From assembly GCA_038894875.1 (NCBI GenBank), contig JAWAOK010000010.1, positions 5,582 through 25,581 on the forward strand: a stretch of 20,000 bases of DNA, read 5' to 3'. The stretch comes from Candidatus Nezhaarchaeales archaeon (GTDB lineage Archaea; Thermoproteota; Methanomethylicia; Nezhaarchaeales; B40-G2). Positions 14,493 to 20,000 of this stretch are shown in pieces (position 1 is the stretch's first letter; each line of letters begins with the position of its first letter). Below the pieces are notes generated by a model. The model was not told the origin of the DNA. It saw nothing but the letters and a program-made list of their open reading frames with translations, and ran no database searches. A program made the position numbers and the translations under genes.

Positions 14493-15148
14493 CTACGCGC
14501 CGAACCTACGCTGCCTGGACTGGTACACCCTTATGGCCCTGAGGAGGTCTATGCGCCTGAACTCAGGCCAGTAGACGTCTAGGAAGCAGAGCTCGCTGTA
14601 GGCGGACTGCCAGAGCAGGAAGCCGCTGAGCCTCTCCTCCCCCGAGGTCCTTATGATCAGGTCTGGGTGCGGGTTCGGGAGGTGGGCCGTGTAGAGGTAG
14701 CGCTCTATGAGCCCCTCGTCCACCTCCCCCGGGTCCACCTCCCCCCTCCTGACCCCCTCGGCAGGAGCTCCCTCCTCCCGAGGAGCTTGACCCTGACCCT
14801 GTACTCGTATATCTTGGGGTCGTTGACCAGCCTCAGCAGCCTCTCCTCCATTATCTTAAAGATGGCCTCCACCTCCTCCCTGGGCCTCTTGAAGTTGTCG
14901 ATGGAGAAGGCGTAGAGCGTCAGCGTCCTCACCCCCAGCTCCAGGCACCACTTCAGCAGCTCCTCCGCCTTCTCAGCCCCGTAGTAGTGGCCCACCCAAG
15001 GCTCCAGCATCCTCTCCCTAGCCCACCGGCGGTTCCCGTCGAGGATGACGGCGACGTGCTGAGGGATGGGGCCCCCCCTCACTTGGCGCAGGAGCCAGCG
15101 CTCGTAGAGCGAGTAGGCGCCCAAGGCCCTCAGTACGAGCCTGAGCAA
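14493..15148 (-). pseudogene. uppS: cis-Prenyltransferase (undecaprenyl/dolichyl-type diphosphate synthase, UppS family) disrupted by a frameshift and an apparent internal deletion
   Basis: ORF 14705-15148 carries HVAVILDGNRRWA and LTLYAFSIDNFKRP. ORF 14493-14738, in another frame, carries [24 protein letters not shown] and RRFGA. Joining them requires a 1-nt shift near LLP|EGVRR. The approximately 40-45 residues normally between them, including the N.A..YGGR block, are absent. Confidence 0.7.
14718..14745. repeat. Tandem 15-nt-period direct repeat GTCCACCTCCCCC x2 at the uppS disruption point
   Basis: Copies at 14718-14730 and 14733-14745. They encode PGEVD/GEVDE twice in the C-terminal frame. 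A C6 homopolymer follows at 14741-14746. Confidence 0.85.
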
Positions 15149-15175
15149 CGCGGCCCAGGCCCCTACGCGCCGTGC

Positions 15176-15185
15176 CTAAAAAAAG
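15176..15185 (-). promoter_or_regulatory. TATA/A-T tract (minus strand CTTTTTTTAG) upstream of uppS
   Basis: Lies 28-37 nt upstream of TTG 15148. Confidence 0.4.
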
Positions 15186-15202
15186 CCTGCGCCCCTAGTA
15201 GG

Positions 15203-15210
15203 CTTAAGTA
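15203..15210 (+). promoter_or_regulatory. TATA-like box (CTTAAGTA) for the HDAC-like gene
   Basis: Lies 27-34 nt upstream of ATG 15237. Confidence 0.45.
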
Positions 15211-15236
15211 GCCGACCGCCCAGCGGGCGGGGGGCT

Positions 15237-16337
15237 ATGCGCAGGCTGGGCATCCTCCACCGCGAGGAGCTCCTGGGCCACAGCTTCGGCCCCTGGCACC
15301 CCTTCAAGGGGAGGGAGCGCTACGAGGCCTTCATGAGGCACTTGAAGGAGTCCGGCCTCCTGGAGAGGCCCAACGTGAGGGTAGTGGTGACGGACCGAGT
15401 GGCGACGGAGGAGGACGTGCTGGCCGTCCACGATAGGGAGCTCGTGTCGGCGGTAAAGTTCCTGAGCGCCCGCGGGGGCTGGCTCGACGGGGACACGCCC
15501 GTCCCCCCGGGCACCTACGAGCTGGCGCTCATTCAGGCGGGGGCCCTAATGCAGGGCTGCGAGATGATAATGAGGGGGGAGCTGGAGGTGGCCGTCCAGT
15601 GCGCCATGTTCGGCGGCCACCACGCGACCCGCCGCCACGTGGGCAAGTCCTTCGGCTTCTGCTACTTCAACCAGGAGGCCGTGGCCGTGAGGTCCCTCCA
15701 GCGGTCCGGCCTGGCCTCTAGGGTGTTCATCCTCGACCTAGACGCCCACCACGGGAACGGGATCCACGAGATCTTCTACGACGACCCCACCGTGTTCTAC
15801 ATGTCCCTCCACCAGGACCCCAGGACCCTCTACCCTGGGACAGGTAGGGTGGAGGAGGTGGGCGAGGGGGAGGGGAGGGGGTTCACGGCGAACGTCCCCC
15901 TCCCCCCCGGCACCTCGGACGACGACTACCTCTACGCCCTCAGGGAGCTCTTCCCCCCTCTCGCCGAGGCCTTCAGGCCCGACCTCCTCCTAGTCCTCCT
16001 GGGGGCCGACACTTACTACAACGACCCCCTGACCTCCATGTCCCTGACGATGAGGGCCTACCTAGAGGCCTCGAGGCTAGTGGCGAGGGTGGCCGACGAG
16101 GTGTGCGGAGGGAGGGTGGCGCTGGAGCTGGCCGGCGGCTACGACGTCGAGGCCACGGGCAGGGCGTTCTACATAGCCACCTCGGTAATGGCCGGGGTCG
16201 AGGACGTGGACGCCTCCGACAGGGAGCCCTTCCGGGACCCCTGGGTCTCTAGGAGGGTCAGGGAGGTGGTCGAGAGGGTGAGGGGGGCCCTCTCGCCCTA
16301 CTGGCCAGGCCTCTGGGGGCCCGGGCAGCAAGGGTAA
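15237..16337 (+). CDS. Histone-deacetylase-family Zn-dependent deacylase (AcuC / acetylpolyamine amidohydrolase-like)
   Basis: 366 aa. Contains GGHHA (catalytic His pair), LDLDAHHGNG (Asp/His zinc ligands), GADTYYNDPL (third zinc ligand Asp) and AGGYD (catalytic Tyr). Confidence 0.92.
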   Translation: MRRLGILHREELLGHSFGPWHPFKGRERYEAFMRHLKESGLLERPNVRVVVTDRVATEEDVLAVHDRELVSAVKFLSARGGWLDGDTPVPPGTYELALIQAGALMQGCEMIMRGELEVAVQCAMFGGHHATRRHVGKSFGFCYFNQEAVAVRSLQRSGLASRVFILDLDAHHGNGIHEIFYDDPTVFYMSLHQDPRTLYPGTGRVEEVGEGEGRGFTANVPLPPGTSDDDYLYALRELFPPLAEAFRPDLLLVLLGADTYYNDPLTSMSLTMRAYLEASRLVARVADEVCGGRVALELAGGYDVEATGRAFYIATSVMAGVEDVDASDREPFRDPWVSRRVREVVERVRGALSPYWPGLWGPGQQG

Positions 16338-16372
16338 AGAGGGGGGAGGCCTCGGAAGTAGCAGGTGCCGCA

Positions 16373-16960
16373 TTGCTAATCCGCCAGTCCAAGCACTCCT
16401 GGCTCACGGTAGTCCTCCAGCCCGTGGGCCGCGTGGACCCCCAGCTCCTCTTCTTCCTCTCCAGGGGCGTGGAGCTCAAGATCCCCCTCGCCTCCTGCGT
16501 AGTGGCCGAGGGCGAGCTACCCCTCCCCTCCTGGGGGTTCGACGAGCGGAGGCGCCAGTACCTGTCCTCAGCGATCCTGAGCGCGCTGAGGGAGGCCCAC
16601 GGCCCCAGGCCCTTCGACGTAAAGGTGCTGGGGGTGGTGGATGCGGACGCCTACACCCCCGGCCTCAACTTCGTCTTCGGCGAGGCGGAGCCCGGGGGCA
16701 GCTACGCAGCCATCTACCTCCCCAGGCTCAGGCTGGACGCCTACGGGGGCCTCGTGGACGAGGGCCTCTTCATGGAGAGGGCGCTGAAGGAGGCGGTCCA
16801 CGAGCTCGGCCACACTCTGGGCCTCGGCCACTGCCCGTCCCCCACCTGCGTAATGAGGTTCAGCAATAGCATAGTCGAGGTGGACTACAAGACCTCGGAG
16901 TTCTGCGAGTCCTGTAGGTCCAGGGTCCTCGCCACCTTCTCCGCCCTGGTGGAGGGCTAG
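16373..16960 (+). CDS. amzA: Archaemetzincin (peptidase family M54)
   Basis: 195 aa. HELGHTLGLGHC is the HExxHxxGxxH metzincin motif followed by Cys. CPSPTCVM and FCESC form the second Cys4-type zinc site characteristic of archaemetzincins. TTG start. Confidence 0.9.
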   Translation: MLIRQSKHSWLTVVLQPVGRVDPQLLFFLSRGVELKIPLASCVVAEGELPLPSWGFDERRRQYLSSAILSALREAHGPRPFDVKVLGVVDADAYTPGLNFVFGEAEPGGSYAAIYLPRLRLDAYGGLVDEGLFMERALKEAVHELGHTLGLGHCPSPTCVMRFSNSIVEVDYKTSEFCESCRSRVLATFSALVEG

Positions 16961-16962
16961 CC

Positions 16963-17976
16963 GTGGGGCTGGAGGAGCTAGTGGGCGAGCTAAGGACCAC
17001 CGTAATAGGGAGCTTCCCGCTCCCCCACTCCTACGAGAACATGGCCAGGGCCATTAGGGACCAGGTGGAGGTCGGCATAGACTACCCCTGCTACGGCCAG
17101 CTGCTCGACATGAACTTAATGTTCCTCGAGCCCCTGGCTGAGCAGGGGTGCGGCTTCGAGGTCCGCGGCGGGGAGGTGTGGCTAGTGGACGAGCCGAGGC
17201 CCCCGCCCAGGCCCGTCGCCCTCGAGCTATTGGAGTACGCCCTGAGGTACCTCTCCGAGAGCGGGCTGGCGGACAGGGTGCTGGGCGTCAAGGTCCCAGT
17301 GACCGGCCCCGTCACGCTCTCGTCAGTAGTTAGAGTGACTGAGAGCTACAGGGTCGTGGACTACCCAGACCTAGTGCTGGCCGTGGCCGACGTGGTCGCT
17401 GAGATAGCTAGGCAGTACGACGAGGCGGGGGCTAAGCTAATAACCATAGACGAGCCCGCGCTCCCCTACGCCATCCAGGCGGGCCTCGAGGAGGGCGACG
17501 CCCTGGAGGCGCTGGAGAGGGCGGCCAAGGGCATCTCCAGGGCCATCCCGTCCCTCCACTGCTGCGGCTACGTGGGGCCGGCCGCGCAGGTGCTCCTCCA
17601 GTGCAGGGTACCCGTCCTCAGCCTAGCGTTTAAGGCGGAGCCCCGAAACTTAGAGGCCTACTCCAAGAGGGACCTGGAGGCCTACGACAAGGTCGTGGGC
17701 CTGGGCTGCGTGGACTCCAACCCCGACCCCTCGCTGATGATGGACATAGCCGCCGGCAGGAGGCCCTGGACCTCGGCCGTCGAGGGGGTGGAGGAGGTGG
17801 AGGCCTTCATAGAGAGGGCGGGGAGGAGGCTGGGGCTGGAGAGGCTGCTCATACACCCCGACTGCGGCTTCGCTGGGCTCAGGGGCTACTTTAAGGACGA
17901 CACGGGCCAGCTCATAGCGAAGGAGAAGCTGAGGTCCATGGTCGAGGCGGCCAGGCGCCTTAGGAGGAGGATTTAA
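16963..17976 (+). CDS. Short cobalamin-independent methionine-synthase-like protein (MetE C-terminal/UROD-fold family)
   Basis: 337 aa. TTVIGSFPLP at the N-terminus, IDEPAL, LHCCGY (His-x-Cys zinc motif) and IHPDCGF (zinc Cys), as in MetE catalytic domains. The physiological methyl donor is unknown. GTG start lies 2 nt after the amzA stop. Confidence 0.75.
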   Translation: MGLEELVGELRTTVIGSFPLPHSYENMARAIRDQVEVGIDYPCYGQLLDMNLMFLEPLAEQGCGFEVRGGEVWLVDEPRPPPRPVALELLEYALRYLSESGLADRVLGVKVPVTGPVTLSSVVRVTESYRVVDYPDLVLAVADVVAEIARQYDEAGAKLITIDEPALPYAIQAGLEEGDALEALERAAKGISRAIPSLHCCGYVGPAAQVLLQCRVPVLSLAFKAEPRNLEAYSKRDLEAYDKVVGLGCVDSNPDPSLMMDIAAGRRPWTSAVEGVEEVEAFIERAGRRLGLERLLIHPDCGFAGLRGYFKDDTGQLIAKEKLRSMVEAARRLRRRI

Positions 17977-18012
17977 CTAGGCCCTACCCTCAAAGCCCCT
18001 AGGTGGCCAGGG

Positions 18013-18657
18013 GTGCAGCTCATCACTGGGCTCGTGATAGCCGGGGGCTACGCGGACAAGGTGAAGAAGACCATGTTCGCCCAGCTGAAGGAGGAGGTCT
18101 CTAAGGGCGCGGTGGACCAGAAGGAGGTGGCCAGGGCCGCGGCGGAGCTAAACCAGCTCCTCTACAAAGTCATTGTGGACAAGCTGAAGTCAGACAAGGG
18201 TGACGTGGTGAGGGCTAGGGTGGACTACGACATAATTAACGGCAGGATAGAGTTCAAGCTGGACACCCTGAGGCTGGAGTACTTCAAGCGCGTCCCGGAC
18301 GAGGAGGTGGCCAGGGCCGTGGAGGAGGCCGTGGCCGAGTACCAGAGGGAGAGGGAGGCGGCCTTTGAGGTAGAGAGGGTGGCCACGACCCCCCTCGGCG
18401 ACCAGCTCTTCAGGGTCCTGCTCAGGGGCAGGGAGGTGGGGCTCGTGGTGGCCACTCCGATAGACGAGGGGGCCGTGGTCAGGGGCTCGCTGCTGGAGCC
18501 CAGGCCGGTGCTGCTGAGGGGGAGGCTCCCCGCGGTCGAGGACGTGGCGGAGGCCCTGAGGCAGCAGCTGCCCTCCCTCCTAGCGGCCGGGAGGGAGGTG
18601 AGCGCGGAGGAGGCCTCGAGCGCGCTGGAGAGGCTCAAGTCGCTAGCGAGTAGCTAG
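18013..18657 (+). CDS. Conserved archaeal hypothetical protein (N-terminus reminiscent of the DUF2258-type family; unverified)
   Basis: 214 aa with coherent codon usage. N-terminal LITGLVIAGGYADKVKKTMFAQLKEE pattern. The family name comes from memory only and needs an HMM search. Confidence 0.6.
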   Translation: MQLITGLVIAGGYADKVKKTMFAQLKEEVSKGAVDQKEVARAAAELNQLLYKVIVDKLKSDKGDVVRARVDYDIINGRIEFKLDTLRLEYFKRVPDEEVARAVEEAVAEYQREREAAFEVERVATTPLGDQLFRVLLRGREVGLVVATPIDEGAVVRGSLLEPRPVLLRGRLPAVEDVAEALRQQLPSLLAAGREVSAEEASSALERLKSLASS

Positions 18658-19152
18658 CTCCAGGTGCTCCACCCTAAGGCTGGGGAGCTCCAGGAGGGCC
18701 ACCGTGGCCCTGCCGGTCAAGTAGCCGCAGGCCTCCCCGGGGTTCACGACGAGCGCCCCGCGCACCCTCTCCGCCCTAGGCCTGTGGGTGTGCCCGTGGA
18801 CCACTACGTCGTAGTCCCCGCTCTTGGCCAGGGCCTCTACGAGCTCGGGGGGAGAGCCGTGGAGGAGGGCCACCCTGACCCCCTCGAGTTCTAGGGTGGC
18901 TAGGAGGCCCCTGAGCTCCCCCAGCTCAGCGTAGCGCTCCCTCAAGACCTCCCTATCCCCGTCCACGTTCCCGTAGACCCCGATGAGGCGGCAGCGCAGG
19001 CCCTTGAAGGCCTGCGCGGTGAAGGGGGCCACGTAGTCCCCCGCGTGGAGGACGAGGCCCACCCCCGCGTCGTTGAAGGCCTCGACCGCCCTCCTAATCG
19101 CCTCCAGCCTATCGTGGGTGTCTGAGATCAGGCCCACGAGCAACTTCTGCAC
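18643..19152 (-). CDS. MJ0936/YfcE-family metallophosphoesterase (phosphodiesterase)
   Basis: 169 aa. Contains ISDTHD, HAGDYV, GNVDGD and HGHTH, the canonical calcineurin-like phosphoesterase motif series in the short MJ0936 architecture. GTG start. Confidence 0.9.
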   Translation of the reverse strand: MQKLLVGLISDTHDRLEAIRRAVEAFNDAGVGLVLHAGDYVAPFTAQAFKGLRCRLIGVYGNVDGDREVLRERYAELGELRGLLATLELEGVRVALLHGSPPELVEALAKSGDYDVVVHGHTHRPRAERVRGALVVNPGEACGYLTGRATVALLELPSLRVEHLELATR

Positions 19153-19173
19153 CGGGCTAGGGCCCCCTCAGCC

Positions 19174-19181
19174 AAATATTA
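19174..19181 (-). promoter_or_regulatory. TATA box (minus strand TAATATTT) for the phosphodiesterase gene
   Basis: Lies 22-29 nt upstream of GTG 19152. It marks the last clearly host-type element before the compositional break. Confidence 0.5.
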
Positions 19182-19210
19182 GCCTCTCCCCCGCAGCCTG
19201 AGAAGTGGAT

Positions 19211-19249
19211 CGCCGCCGGCCCCCTAAGCCGGGGTCGCGGGTTCAAATC
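19211..19249 (+). other. tRNA-derived fragment (anticodon arm + variable region + 5' T-stem/T-loop; tRNA-Arg(CCU)-like), candidate att site remnant
   Basis: CCGGC-CCCCTAA-GCCGG forms an anticodon-type stem-loop (anticodon CCT, with C instead of U at position 33). GGTC and GCGGG-TTCAAAT-C follow. The T-stem complement CCCGC, the acceptor stem and the D-arm are all missing, so this is not a functional tRNA. Confidence 0.5.
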
Positions 19250-20000
19250 TCCTCGAATTCCAAGCTTGTCTGCCAGCTGACCGTGAGCCCAGCTAGTCAA
19301 TGGATGCTCTCCGTAGCCCGGTATAGCCAGCCTAACGCCATAGAACAGTCCGCAACGGCCTTTAAGGTGCTGAGATCAACGATTAGATCCAGCCCGCTTT
19401 TCCCCTGCCCCTCCAACTCATTAACCAAACCAACCAAATTCACCCCTCAAACCGCCTCCTTGGCGGGGCAAGTCTCCGCCACCCAAACCCCAATGTTCTC
19501 TGTTGAAGTTTAGAGCTGCGGGGTAAGGTGGTAGCGTTGAAGACGGGGTGGGGCAAAAGTAGGGGCCTAAAAAATCTAATATTGTGTGGTCTATGGCGCA
19601 GGTCTTAAAGGATGTCGACGTAGTAGTTGAGGGGAAAACCTCTAGGCTGAAGGCCCTATTTAACTCCGGCTCAAGATTCACCGTTATGGGATATAGGACG
19701 CTTAGGGAGCGCTTTAGGGATGTTGAGGTTAAGAGGCTGCCTGAAAAGATCGAAGCTATACTTCTGAATGGACAAAAAGTTATCATCGACGCCTACATTG
19801 ATTCTGAAATCCGCATAGGAAAATACCGAGTTTACGATAGAATATACCTATCAGAAGACGTTGAGAGGGAAGTCATCGCGAAGGGTGAAAGGAAATTGCT
19901 CCCAGAGCTAATAATTGGAGCACCAACATTAGAAACACGGGGTCTTGAACTGGACCTAAAGACAGGAGAGGTAGTCAGCCGAGGAATCTTCATCATATAG
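19250..20000. mobile_element. Left edge of a low-GC island (probable integrated virus/plasmid-like element or other horizontally acquired DNA), continuing beyond the window
   Basis: By hand count, GC is about 50% over 19261-20000 and about 46% over 19561-20000, against about 65-72% in sampled upstream lines. Codon usage switches to AAA/GAA/ATT/TTA types. The island begins directly at a tRNA fragment. No integrase is visible in the 750 nt available. Confidence 0.45.
19584..20000 (+). CDS. Hypothetical protein encoded in the low-GC island
   Basis: 138 aa, with a stop exactly at the window end. Composition (K/E/R/V/I-rich) is thermophile-protein-like. Alternative start is ATG 19593 (MAQVLKDV...). 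An AT-rich AAAAATCTAATATT element lies just upstream. I recognise no family. Confidence 0.55.
   Translation: MWSMAQVLKDVDVVVEGKTSRLKALFNSGSRFTVMGYRTLRERFRDVEVKRLPEKIEAILLNGQKVIIDAYIDSEIRIGKYRVYDRIYLSEDVEREVIAKGERKLLPELIIGAPTLETRGLELDLKTGEVVSRGIFII

Noticed and set aside
19186-19265. Intact tRNA gene around the TTCAAAT T-loop
   Set aside because: No acceptor stem, D-arm or 3' T-stem can be formed. The sequence after the T-loop is CTCCTCGAATTCC rather than CCCGC plus an acceptor strand. It is called a fragment instead.
19502-19542. Two copies of GTTGAAG (19502-19508, 19536-19542) reminiscent of crenarchaeal CRISPR repeat ends
   Set aside because: There are only two 7-nt copies. No full-length repeat (24-37 nt) is shared and there is no regular array.
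19205-19786. Track ORFs 19205-19513 (+, 102 aa) and 19421-19786 (-, 121 aa)
   Set aside because: The first runs through the tRNA fragment and low-complexity DNA. The second is antisense to the more protein-like 19584-20000 ORF. Both have Ser/Pro/Thr-rich, motif-free sequences.

Overview
This is a high-GC archaeal chromosomal segment. Hand-sampled coding lines are about 65-72% GC. It looks like a hyperthermophilic crenarchaeote: AGG/AAG/GAG/CTC-rich codon usage, TATA-like boxes about 25-40 nt upstream of start codons, and archaeal marker genes such as archaemetzincin and a neelaredoxin-type superoxide reductase. Under my start calls, 16 of 20 host CDS begin with GTG or TTG.

I can support about 21 protein genes, mostly housekeeping or metabolic:
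- AlkA-type glycosylase, YkgJ-like Cys-cluster protein, RNase HII, superoxide reductase, acetyl-CoA synthetase
- a divergent Nramp-like transporter, an M20 peptidase, dCMP deaminase, a large secreted glycoprotein-like protein
- an RHH regulator and a nitroreductase-cofD-cofC (F420-type) operon
- DUF488, a disrupted uppS, and an HDAC-like/archaemetzincin/MetE-like/unknown-protein gene string
- an MJ0936-type phosphodiesterase

No rRNA, intact tRNA, CRISPR array or recognisable defence genes were seen.

The most unusual parts are:
1. 10092-11140 is an 871-bp ORF-free, hairpin-rich gap. It is followed by an 18-codon Lys/Glu micro-ORF carried on a 45-nt pure polypurine/polypyrimidine tract. The micro-ORF is divergently paired with an RHH-domain gene across a concentric nested palindrome.
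2. A stand-alone nitroreductase is tightly linked to cofD/cofC.
3. uppS carries an internal deletion plus a frameshift.
4. A tRNA-Arg-like fragment at 19211-19249 marks an abrupt drop to about 46-50% GC. This is probably the edge of an integrated element.

All functional calls rest on motif recognition by eye. None has been verified by database search.
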